Shown here: positions 11,213 through 20,117 of the stretch, one piece after another
Position numbering within the stretch: position 1 is the stretch's first letter
Layout: each line of letters starts with the position of its first letter
Origin: an uncultured Pseudomonadota bacterium
GTDB taxonomy: Bacteria > Oederibacteriota > Muellerivitia > Muellerivitales > Muellerivitaceae
Length of the DNA: 64,000 nt
Assembly (NCBI GenBank): GCA_963836235.1
Contig: CAWIIP010000004.1
Span: forward strand, 672,001 to 736,000
Direction: 5' to 3'
Notes under the pieces: model-generated
Told to the model about the DNA's origin: nothing
What the model saw: the letters and a program-made list of their open reading frames with translations, nothing else
The model's database searches: none
Made by a program: the position numbers and the translations under genes

Positions 11213-12512
11213 ATGAAACAATTATTGCTCATCGCTTTTCGGAACCTTTTCAGCCACGGAAGCGAAGCCTTTTTTAGGCGGCGCCATCGCGGGGGTGACG
11301 GCCCTGTTGGTCTTCCTGGGGTGCCTCTCCTCGGGCGTCAAGCAGACCATGCTGGATGCGGCCAAGACCGTGGCCACCGGAGACCTGAACGTGGGCGGTT
11401 ATTACAAGGTGACGGCGGGCCAAAGCGCTCCGCTGGTGACCGACTATAAGAAAATTCAAACCCTCATCGAAAAGACCCTGCCGGACCTGGACTTCGTAAC
11501 CGCGCGGGGCCGGGGTTGGGCACGGCTGGTTTCCGACCAGGCCAGCATGCAGGTGGGTATTGCCGGGGTGGAGATGGATCATGAGCCGCGCCTGCCCCAG
11601 ATATTAAAGATGAAAGAGGGTAACCTGCAGGATTTGGCCAAACCAGGCAACATCCTCATCTTCGAAAGCCAGGCCAAGAAGCTGAAGGTGAAGACCGGCG
11701 ACAACATGGTCTTTTCCGTGCTCACCGACCGGGGCGTGAATAACACGGTGGATGTGCGGGTCTGTGGGGTGGCAGAAGACATGGGGCTTCTTACTTCCTG
11801 GAACGTCTTTTTACCCCAAGAGACCCTGAACCGGCTGGACCAGACCAACGATTCCACCACCGGCGCATTGCTCATTTACCTAAAGAACATGAAGCGCATC
11901 CCACAGGATATGGACCTGCTCCGCAAGACCCTGAAGGACGCGGGCTATACGGTAACCGACCGGGAGAGCAAGGCCTTCTGGATGAAGATGCAGGAAGTGA
12001 GTAAAGAAGAATGGACCGGCCAAAAACTGGATGTGACCACCTGGGATGACGAGATCAGTTATGTTACCTGGACGCTCCAGGCCATTGACGGCCTGAGCTT
12101 CCTTTTGACCTCCGTACTCCTGGTCATCATCGCGGTGGGCATCATGAACAGCCTCTGGATCGCCATCCGCGAGCGCACCCGGGAAATTGGTACATTACGC
12201 GCCATCGGCATGAGGCGGCATTTGGTAATGCTTATGTTCGTCTTGGAGGCCTTTTGCCTGGGGGTCTTAGGCACGGCGGCGGGGGCTTTTCTCGGAAGTC
12301 TGGGGGCAGTTTTCATGAACGCCCTGCATATTCCGGTGCCGGCAGGGGCCCAGTTTTTTACCATGTCCAGCACGCTCAAGTTCGCGCTGGTGCCATCCCG
12401 CATTTTCAGCGGGGCGGCGATTATTACCTTCTGTTGTACAGTCGTTTCGCTGATCCCGTCGTTTAAAGCCGCGCGGATGAGACCCGTCACGGCCATATCC
12501 CACGTCGGATGA
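11213..12512 (+). CDS. Second FtsX/LolCE-like ABC permease (apparent frameshift in first 25 codons)
   Basis: RBS GAGGAG plus MKQLLLIAFRNLFSH in one frame; body with AIRERTREIGTLRAIGM in frame 11295..12512; two missing bases (about 11257 and the T-run 11270-11275) restore SHRKRSLFLGGAIAGVTALL. Confidence 0.85.
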
Positions 12513-12521
12513 GGAGCCCCC

Positions 12522-13301
12522 ATGAACTTTAAGAAAACCATTCTTGTTTTGACCCTGGCTTTATGCCCGGGAGCCTTGCTGGCGGACACACTGACGAAAG
12601 ACCAGATGGTGGATGTGCTCAAAGGTATCGACCTGCGTATCCGAAGTGGGGGCGACTACAAGGCCCTGGTGTACCTGGAACAGCACCAAAAGGACAAGCC
12701 GGATATCGCCCAGGAAGCCCTGGTCTACCGACGGGACGCGGACCAAAAGCTGATGATCCTCTTCACCAAGCCCAAGACCGACGCGGGGAAGGGCTACCTG
12801 CGGGTAGACCGGAATCTCTGGTACTACGACCCCACGGTGGGGAAGTGGGAGCGCCGCACGGACCGCGAGCGCATCGGTGGATCGGACTCGGACCGAGAGG
12901 ACTTCGACCAGTCGGACTTGGCCAGCCAGTACGACCCGGCCTTCGTGGGTGAGGAGAAGTTGGGCACCTTCACGGTCTGGCACATCAAGTGCACGGTCAA
13001 GTCCGGCATCGACGTCGCCTATCCCTTGGTGGAGTTCTGGGTTGACGAGGCCACGGGCAATTACCTCAAGCGGCAGGATTTCGCCCTTTCGGGCCGCCTC
13101 ATGCGCACCAGCTACGACCCCAAGTGGGACAAACTCTATAGCGAGAGCAAGAAGGGGGACCAGTGGTTCCCGCATGAAATCCATATCTACGACGAGATCG
13201 ACAAATCCAATTCTACACTGGTCATCATCCAATCGGTGGACCTCTCGGCTCTGCCTGAGAATATCTTCACGAAGGCGTGGCTAGAAACCAAAAGCCGGTA
13301 G
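12522..13301 (+). CDS. LolA-like periplasmic protein (outer-membrane lipoprotein-sorting family)
   Basis: Signal peptide; LFTKPKTDAGKGYLRVDRNLWYYDP, GGSDSDREDF, LPENIFTKAWLE; follows LolCE-like permeases. Confidence 0.8.
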   Translation: MNFKKTILVLTLALCPGALLADTLTKDQMVDVLKGIDLRIRSGGDYKALVYLEQHQKDKPDIAQEALVYRRDADQKLMILFTKPKTDAGKGYLRVDRNLWYYDPTVGKWERRTDRERIGGSDSDREDFDQSDLASQYDPAFVGEEKLGTFTVWHIKCTVKSGIDVAYPLVEFWVDEATGNYLKRQDFALSGRLMRTSYDPKWDKLYSESKKGDQWFPHEIHIYDEIDKSNSTLVIIQSVDLSALPENIFTKAWLETKSR

Positions 13302-13357
13302 CAGCCATAAATTGGCTCAAATTTTTACCACTAACTCAAAAATAAAAGGAGAGTTTC

Positions 13358-14671
13358 TTGGGCTTGAACAGCGTTTATTCGCGTAAATTCGCGGCCAAGT
13401 TTTTTTTCGGGATGGTCCTAATGGGATTGTTTTGGCTGGCGGCGGGTTTTTGCCTGGCCCAAACCCGGCCCTCGGAAGCCGATATGTTTGGCGGGGGATC
13501 AGCCACTCCTTCACCCACGGCTTCTCCTTCCGCCTCCACTGGGGATGAAATGGCGGGGAAGCCCCATAACCTCATGAGCAGCGTCGAAGAAAATACCCAG
13601 ATCGGCGGAACCCTTTCCACCGAGGCGGATGCCTATCTCCAAAAGAACATCCCTCTCGACCAAGACGTGGTCAGCAACCCCAATATCCTCTTCCTCTACC
13701 TGGACTCGAAACTGGAGAACGACAGCCGGGTCTTCGCACGCATTCGGACCTTTTACGATCCCACGGGCATCTCCAGTGGCAACCCCACGGCCAGCAGTTA
13801 TACCAACCCCTATGGTTTCGGGAATGGCACCAGCGATAACCTATCCACCCAGCTCCAGGAACTGCGTATTTCGACCAATATCAGCCATGAAATCTTCTTC
13901 ACCATCGGACGGCAAAAGGTGAAATACGGCGCGGCCAAGTTCTTTAATCCCACCGACTTTCTCAATTCCCAGCCCTACGACTTCTTTCTTCCCTCCGACG
14001 AGCGCACGGGTGTCGATATGGTGAAGATGCAGATTCCATCGGGAACATCCAACCTCTACGTGGCTGGCCTCACGGGTAACCCTACCTATGGCAACCCGGC
14101 GGGGGGCTATTTCCGGGGCGAGGTGGGTTACGACAGCTTGGGCTTTTTGGAGAGCGGGGAATTTTCCATTTCCGGTTACCTGCCCAAGGGCCAATCGGGC
14201 CGAGGGGGATTCGACATATCCCAGGGGGTGGGCGACCTAGATGTTTATTTCGAGGGTGCGGCGGGGCAGAACTCCAGTGGTGGTTGGGAAGGGGCCTTTA
14301 GCACCGGTGCCGGTTGGGAAACCAAATATGGTGACCGGCAGACGGAAACCGTGACATTCGAGGCAGAATTCTCTGATTATCCAACCGTAAGCACGGGGTC
14401 CAGTTTCGAGACTTTTTCCGCGACCCAATTCGGGATTTTCGCCATCGACTTAGCCGGGCCCGGCGGATTGACGGACATCACTTTCGCGGAAACCAACCTT
14501 TACGACTTTAATGGCCAAAGCGGCTATTCGCGCCTGGATACGGTCTGCCAGTTCACGAACCGTATCAGCGGGCGGGTCTATATTTCGGCCCCCTGGGGAA
14601 GCACAGGAGGCACCTTCAACGAGGGCAGTCTCCTGGCCCAGACGGGTGCCCGGATGGACGTCAATTTTTAA
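13358..14671 (+). CDS. Putative outer-membrane beta-barrel protein
   Basis: Signal-peptide-like stretch, FTIGRQKVKYG..FFNPTDF motif, alternating beta strands, C-terminal Phe (RMDVNF); start TTG 13358 (AAGGAG RBS) or ATG 13412. Confidence 0.65.
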   Translation: MGLNSVYSRKFAAKFFFGMVLMGLFWLAAGFCLAQTRPSEADMFGGGSATPSPTASPSASTGDEMAGKPHNLMSSVEENTQIGGTLSTEADAYLQKNIPLDQDVVSNPNILFLYLDSKLENDSRVFARIRTFYDPTGISSGNPTASSYTNPYGFGNGTSDNLSTQLQELRISTNISHEIFFTIGRQKVKYGAAKFFNPTDFLNSQPYDFFLPSDERTGVDMVKMQIPSGTSNLYVAGLTGNPTYGNPAGGYFRGEVGYDSLGFLESGEFSISGYLPKGQSGRGGFDISQGVGDLDVYFEGAAGQNSSGGWEGAFSTGAGWETKYGDRQTETVTFEAEFSDYPTVSTGSSFETFSATQFGIFAIDLAGPGGLTDITFAETNLYDFNGQSGYSRLDTVCQFTNRISGRVYISAPWGSTGGTFNEGSLLAQTGARMDVNF

Positions 14672-14764
14672 AGTACCCTTTTGAAGTGGTTTGGGTAATG
14701 GCAAAAATCAAACCTGGCCATCGTCATGTTTTGGCAAGTGTACAGTCTTCTAAGTTTTTTAAAC

Positions 14765-15952
14765 CTAAACCGCCTGCCCGGCGGCCCAGCCGGAAGACCA
14801 GGCCCATTGAAAATTGAAGCCGCCCAATTGTCCTGTCACGTCCAAAACCTCGCCGATGAAAAAGAGTCCCGGAACCTTCTTGGTTTCCATCGTTTCACGG
14901 GAAATTTCACGGGTGTCCACCCCTCCCCGGGTCACTTCCGCCATGCGGTAGCCGAAGGTGCCGGCGGGGGTAAAGCGGTAGGCGTGGATATCCTGGGCCA
15001 GGGCCATGAGGCGCTCGTCCGACAGGGCCGACCAGGCCCCCCGGGCCTCGGCGTTCCAGGCGATGCGATCGGCCAGGCGGCGGGGAATGCGCTCGGAAAA
15101 CCAGACGCGGAACTTGCCCCGGCCCCCGGCGGTCTTGTCCTTTTTCAATTTCTCGAAAGTGGACTCCACCGTGAATTCGGGTATCCAGTTGACGGTGATC
15201 TCCCGGCCCGGTTCCCAGTAAAGGGAAGCGTTGAGCATGACGGGGCCGCTGAGGCCCTGGTGGGTGATCATCAGGTCTTCTACCATATTCCAATCGCCGC
15301 AGGAAACCCCTACCCGCAGGTGGACGCCCGCCAGATCCTTGAAGCGTTCCATTTCCCTTTCGGGGAAGGTCAGGCCAACCAGGGCGGGGGAGGGCTCCAA
15401 AATTTTAAGATCGAACCGCTGGGCGATACGATAGCCCAAATCCGTCGCCCCCAGCTGGGGCCAGGACAAGCCGCCGGTGGCCACCACCAGCCTCGGGACC
15501 GAATAGGATTGCCCCTGGGCTTGGACGGTAAAGACCCCCTCGGCATGGGAAAATTCCTCCACCTTTTGCCCCAACAGCATCTGGACGCCCTTGGCCTGGG
15601 CCCGGGTGACCAGGAGGTCGATGATGGCCTTGGCGCTGTGGTCGCAGAACAACTGGCCGTCCTTTTTTTCGTGGTAGGGGATAGAGGCCGATTCGACCAA
15701 GGCGATGAAATCCTTCGGGGTGAATTTAGCGAAGGCGTGGTGGACGAAAGCGGGGTTGGAAGAGACGTAATTAGCCGGGGTGGCATGAAGGTTGGTGAAG
15801 TTACAGCGCCCGCCGCCGGACACGAGGATTTTGGGGGCGGCCTTTTGGCTTTGTTCCAGAATGAGGACCTTGCGGCCCCGGGCGGCGGCTTCGGAGGCGC
15901 ACATAAGGCCTGCCGCCCCGCCCCCGAGGACTATGACATCATAGGAGTTCAT
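14765..15952 (-). CDS. HI0933/YhiN/BaiN-family NAD(P)/FAD-dependent oxidoreductase
   Basis: VLGGGAAGL, KILVSGGGRCNFTN, VATGGLSWP, AEVTRGGV, GEVLDVTGQLGGFNFQWAWSSG; ATG at 15952. Confidence 0.93.
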   Translation of the reverse strand: MNSYDVIVLGGGAAGLMCASEAAARGRKVLILEQSQKAAPKILVSGGGRCNFTNLHATPANYVSSNPAFVHHAFAKFTPKDFIALVESASIPYHEKKDGQLFCDHSAKAIIDLLVTRAQAKGVQMLLGQKVEEFSHAEGVFTVQAQGQSYSVPRLVVATGGLSWPQLGATDLGYRIAQRFDLKILEPSPALVGLTFPEREMERFKDLAGVHLRVGVSCGDWNMVEDLMITHQGLSGPVMLNASLYWEPGREITVNWIPEFTVESTFEKLKKDKTAGGRGKFRVWFSERIPRRLADRIAWNAEARGAWSALSDERLMALAQDIHAYRFTPAGTFGYRMAEVTRGGVDTREISRETMETKKVPGLFFIGEVLDVTGQLGGFNFQWAWSSGWAAGQAV

Positions 15953-16061
15953 GTGAATAGGATAACAGTCCTGGGTTTCGTAATTCACTCTCCAAATCAA
16001 AGAGGGATTAATGTTGCGAAGTATTGGAATAGTTCAAAGTAGGTTGTCTAATTTGATTCTT

Positions 16062-16877
16062 TTAACGCGTCTGAAGCCAATAAATAAATCCAAGCTGGGG
16101 ATAAAAAAGAACAGCAAGGCAACCCGCGCATAGAAATGGGCCGTAAGGCATAGGCGATTGCCGGCTTAAGCGGCCGGTTAGTTGAAGCGAAACGCCCAAA
16201 AGACCGCTGATGATCGATCCTATGAAAAGGCCGCCCATCGTCTGATCCCAACCCAAAACCATTCCGAGCGCAGCCATCAATTTGATGTCGCCTCCCCCTA
16301 GGGCATCCTTCTTTAAAATAAAGGTACCAAGCCATCCCATGCCATAAAGTACGCCACCGCCGACGAGAAAGCCGGTCAACATAGAGCCCGCGCGTTCCTT
16401 CCATCCAGTTCCTAACCAGGGATTGAAATAGGCGGTAAAACCAAAAAGAGCCATAGCCGGAAGGACAATCCGATCGGGAAGAGTCATGGTCCTGATGTCG
16501 ATCACGGATAAGAGAATGCAGAAAGAACCCACGCATAAGGCCCAAACCATTCGAAGGGGATCCGCCTGGAAGTGGAAAAAAACGAAGGAGAAATAAAACC
16601 CCGTTAAGGCTTCCACGACCGGGTACTGCCAGGAAATAGGATGGCCGCAATATCGGCACTGGCCTCTTAGAAACAAGTAACTCATAAGGGGGATATTATC
16701 CGACCATTTTAAAGGGGTTTTACATTCCGGACACCGGGATGCCGGTTTAACGATCGAGAGTCCCACGGGAAGCCGCAGAATGCAAACGTTTAAAAAGCTT
16801 CCAATGCAAAGACCCACAAAGAAAAAAGCTATGAAAGGCGAGAATTGAAAGAAGGATAAAATAATATTGGGGTACAT
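16062..16877 (-). CDS. pilD: Prepilin peptidase / N-methyltransferase (A24A)
   Basis: GSFLNVCILRLP, SRCPEC...GQCRYC zinc site, IDIRTMTLPD and GGGDIKL aspartates, PYGPFL. Confidence 0.93.
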   Translation of the reverse strand: MYPNIILSFFQFSPFIAFFFVGLCIGSFLNVCILRLPVGLSIVKPASRCPECKTPLKWSDNIPLMSYLFLRGQCRYCGHPISWQYPVVEALTGFYFSFVFFHFQADPLRMVWALCVGSFCILLSVIDIRTMTLPDRIVLPAMALFGFTAYFNPWLGTGWKERAGSMLTGFLVGGGVLYGMGWLGTFILKKDALGGGDIKLMAALGMVLGWDQTMGGLFIGSIISGLLGVSLQLTGRLSRQSPMPYGPFLCAGCLAVLFYPQLGFIYWLQTR

Positions 16878-17178
16878 CGGACTCCCACCTATTTAGGGTG
16901 AAAAACTAGGCTTGGCTCGAATTAATTTTAAAGGACCACGACCTTTTAGAGTAAAAAAACACTTATCGGGATGATGACTGGTTGATATTAATTATAAGCT
17001 TTTTCTCTTTTCGATGAGTGTCGGGATAAATTTTGATTGCGTGGAGCGAGAAATTCATCGGCTTTTTTTCTTTTCATTTGAATTGGGGCGACTTTTACCA
17101 TGGCATATTTAGCGTGTTCCTCTGAAACGAAACAAGCTTAGTTGCTTTTAGTCCGTTTAGGGTTCGGGTTTAAGATGC

Positions 17179-17213
17179 TGAGTAAAAGTACCCCGACGGG
17201 TAAATTTGACCCA
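17179..17213. promoter_or_regulatory. Tandem enhancer-like (UAS) sites upstream of the TonB receptor operon
   Basis: TGAGT-AAAAGTA-CCCCG (17179-17195) and CGGGT-AAATTTG-ACCCA (17197-17213), about 60 nt upstream of the -24 box. Confidence 0.65.
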
Positions 17214-17270
17214 GGGGCAAGCGGGAAGATGATCGATTTGACTAGGGTTGGAGTGGCTTTGCCAAGTATC

Positions 17271-17286
17271 TTGGCACAACCGTTGC
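17271..17286 (+). promoter_or_regulatory. sigma54 (-24/-12) promoter of the TonB receptor-YfiR operon
   Basis: TTGGCACAACCGTTGC, identical to the minus-strand copy at 3095-3110. Confidence 0.85.
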
Positions 17287-17367
17287 TTTACTTTGTATTT
17301 ATTAATCACGTTGGAAAACTTGTTGCGGGATTTGATTCAAAGATAAGGGAAAAAGAGGTAAAAAGGA

Positions 17368-19542
17368 ATGGACATGAAACCTTTTTGGACAAGACAAAAA
17401 ATAGGACGAATCCTGAATTTTTGTTTTTTTTATATAGCCCTATTTTCCTTAGCGGAATTTTCCAGCGCAAAGGACTCAGATCTGCCAGCTGTTTCAACAG
17501 GGACCAAATCCCCGGAGATTAAAACCCAATCCGCTGTCATGACTGATTCTTCGAGCCCGGTTTCCCAAGACCTGACCCAAACGAGTTTGGAAAATCTCGC
17601 TGGGATGGATGTGATAGTCACGTCTTCCTCTAAAAAAGAGGAGAGTCTTCGGGACGCTACCTCCGCCATTTTTGTCATCACCCAAGAGGATATTCAACGT
17701 AGCGGCTTCCAGCGAGTTGCTGATCTCTTAAGGATGGTACCGGGAGTACAAGTGGCCAGCCAAAGCGCTGATGAATGGGCCATCAGTGCCAGGGGATTTA
17801 ATAGCCAATACAACAATAAAATGCTGGTTTTGGTTGACGGACGAAGTGTTTATGACCCCATCTTGGGTGGAGTCTATTGGAACCAACAAGATATACCCCT
17901 TGAGGATATTGATCGGATCGAGGTTATTCGTGGCCCTGGGGGAACTCTTTGGGGTTCCAACGCGGTTAACGGCATCGTCAATATCATCACGAAGGATTCC
18001 AAGGTGACCCAGGGTCTTTATGTGTCGGGCCTCGCGGGCAATTCCATTTATGGTTCAGGTAACTCCCGGTTTGGAGGCCAACTGGACGAGGGGTTATATT
18101 ACAGGGTCTATGGTCAGGTTACGGACCATGGCCCGGATCAGGATCCCAACGGTGGCAATTGGCACGACGCCTGGTATGACTTCCGGGCTGGCTTTCGTTC
18201 CGATCTGCACCGGGACCAGGATCAATTTACCTTTGAAGGGGAAGCTCAAAAAGGTTATTTCGATTATCACCGGATCCAGGATGGCCTCAATAATCCTGAG
18301 GTCAATCCCTTCACCCTTGTTTCCGCCGATGACATCAACACCCAAATCAACCATAATGCCCATGTACTTGCGAAATGGACCAGGAGCTTCCAGGATAATT
18401 CCGAACTGCAACTTTTGGGTTATTACGACTATGTCAACCTGACGACCGCCAATGACAACCGTATCACCAATACTGGAACAGCCGATGTCGAGTTCCAGCA
18501 CCGTTTCGGACTAGGGTCCTGGAATGAAATCACCTGGGGCGGTAGTTACCGGGATATCACGGTGGATTTGTATAATCCAACCAATTGGCTTTATGTCCCG
18601 GAAAACCAGAATCTCGATATTTACGGCGGATTTTTGCAGGACCGGTTGACCCTGGACGCCGACCGGCTGTATTTGACGGCAGGTGGCAAATTGGAAGACA
18701 ACCCCTACACGGGTGTAGAGTTCCAGCCTTCCAGTCGAATCTTGTGGAAGCCTAATGCGAAGGATAGTTTTTGGGCGGCGGTGTCGAGGGCGGTGCGGAT
18801 CCCCACCATCACCGCCGAGAGCGCCAATATTTTTTTGGTGGGAATTCCCGCTGGGCCAACTACTTATTTCGGGGGAGCCATTCCGAATCACAATTTGAAA
18901 TCGGAAACGGTGGTCTCCTATGAGCTGGGCTACCGCACCAACCCGACCAAGGAAACATCCTTGGATATCGCGACTTTTTACAACCATTATGAACAATTAA
19001 TTGCGTTCGGTTACCCTATGAACAATGTGGCGACGCCGGCCGGCGGATACTTCACAAATTCCTATGGTCCTTATAGTTTGCCCTTTTACCAGCAGCAAAA
19101 TCTAAACGAGGGTGATATTTACGGGGTAGAAGTCAGCGCTAAGTGGGATCCGGTTTCCAATGTTCATTTTGTTATGGGCTATACCTATCAAGGTTACGAC
19201 CAGGCTATGATCCGTGCCTCAAACACGGAGTTGGGAGCGGTTCCGCCGCATAATCTCCTCAACGGCTGTTTAACTGTTGAGCCCATCAAGGGGTGGGAAA
19301 TCAACGCGGCTGCCTATTTCACTGACGTCACCTTAACTTACGACCCTAATACAGTCATTACTCCGACCCCCGCCTACACCCGCCTTGATTTGGGAACGAC
19401 ATTTAAAGCCACTGACAGCCTGGAGTTGGCCCTTTGGGGGCAAAATTTGGAAGGAACCCATTCGGAAACCATCCAGACCTATGCCATTGCGCCGGTGAAT
19501 ATCCCGCCCAGTTTTTATGGTCAATTAACGCTGAAATATTAA
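17368..19542 (+). CDS. TonB-dependent receptor (plug + barrel)
   Basis: VIVTSSSKKEE, LLRMVPGVQV, MLVLVDGRSVY, IDRIEVIRGPGGTLWGSNAVNGIVNIITK; C-terminus FYGQLTLKY. Confidence 0.92.
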   Translation: MDMKPFWTRQKIGRILNFCFFYIALFSLAEFSSAKDSDLPAVSTGTKSPEIKTQSAVMTDSSSPVSQDLTQTSLENLAGMDVIVTSSSKKEESLRDATSAIFVITQEDIQRSGFQRVADLLRMVPGVQVASQSADEWAISARGFNSQYNNKMLVLVDGRSVYDPILGGVYWNQQDIPLEDIDRIEVIRGPGGTLWGSNAVNGIVNIITKDSKVTQGLYVSGLAGNSIYGSGNSRFGGQLDEGLYYRVYGQVTDHGPDQDPNGGNWHDAWYDFRAGFRSDLHRDQDQFTFEGEAQKGYFDYHRIQDGLNNPEVNPFTLVSADDINTQINHNAHVLAKWTRSFQDNSELQLLGYYDYVNLTTANDNRITNTGTADVEFQHRFGLGSWNEITWGGSYRDITVDLYNPTNWLYVPENQNLDIYGGFLQDRLTLDADRLYLTAGGKLEDNPYTGVEFQPSSRILWKPNAKDSFWAAVSRAVRIPTITAESANIFLVGIPAGPTTYFGGAIPNHNLKSETVVSYELGYRTNPTKETSLDIATFYNHYEQLIAFGYPMNNVATPAGGYFTNSYGPYSLPFYQQQNLNEGDIYGVEVSAKWDPVSNVHFVMGYTYQGYDQAMIRASNTELGAVPPHNLLNGCLTVEPIKGWEINAAAYFTDVTLTYDPNTVITPTPAYTRLDLGTTFKATDSLELALWGQNLEGTHSETIQTYAIAPVNIPPSFYGQLTLKY

Positions 19543-19565
19543 GAAATAAAAAGAGAGTTAGAAAA

Positions 19566-20114
19566 TTGAAAAAGCTCCGGTTATTCACCTTTATTTCAGT
19601 ACTCTTTTTGGTTTTTCCCGTTGTGGGCAAAGAAGTCTCGGAATACAGCGTCAAGGCAGCTTACTTGTTTAATTTCGCTAAATTCGTTGAGTGGCCGGCC
19701 CGAACATTCATTGACGAAAAAGCTCCTTTGGTGATCGGCGTCCTTGGAGTTGATCCCTTTGGGGAGGCACTCGAGCAAGTGGTGCAGGACAAGATCATCA
19801 ATGGGCATCGCATTGAAATCCATCGATTTGATGACTTTGACCCTGATCAAACAACCGAGTTGCGCCGGTGCCAAATCCTCTTCATTGCCTATTCAGAGAA
19901 AGGCCAACTCGGCGACATCCTTAAAAGCCTTAAGGGGGCTAGCGTTTTGACGGTTTCTGAAATCGAGAATTTCCCGCTGGTGGGGGGAATGATTTTGTTT
20001 GACCAGGTCGGGAAAAAAATTAATTTAGTCGTTAATCCCGCGGTGGCCCGTATGGCGAATCTTGAAATTAGCGCGCGATTACTCCAAGTCTCCAAAATTT
20101 ATAAATCGGAGTAA
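19566..20114 (+). CDS. YfiR/HmsC-family (DUF4154) periplasmic protein
   Basis: EYSVKAAYLFNFAKFVEWP, IGVLGVDPFG, CQILFI, VLTVSE, GGMI, LEISARLLQVS; TTG start 19566. Confidence 0.9.
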   Translation: MKKLRLFTFISVLFLVFPVVGKEVSEYSVKAAYLFNFAKFVEWPARTFIDEKAPLVIGVLGVDPFGEALEQVVQDKIINGHRIEIHRFDDFDPDQTTELRRCQILFIAYSEKGQLGDILKSLKGASVLTVSEIENFPLVGGMILFDQVGKKINLVVNPAVARMANLEISARLLQVSKIYKSE

Positions 20115-20117
20115 GCC

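Noticed and set aside
11000-11276. Programmed frameshifting or phase variation in the permease genes
   Set aside because: Several independent indels of both signs, mostly outside long homopolymers or slippery heptamers; assembly error is the simpler explanation
14726-16042. 438-aa plus-strand ORF
   Set aside because: Antisense shadow of the HI0933-family gene; no motifs of its own
17100-17115. TGGCATATTTAGC as a second sigma54 promoter
   Set aside because: GG-GC spacing is 8 nt rather than the required 10
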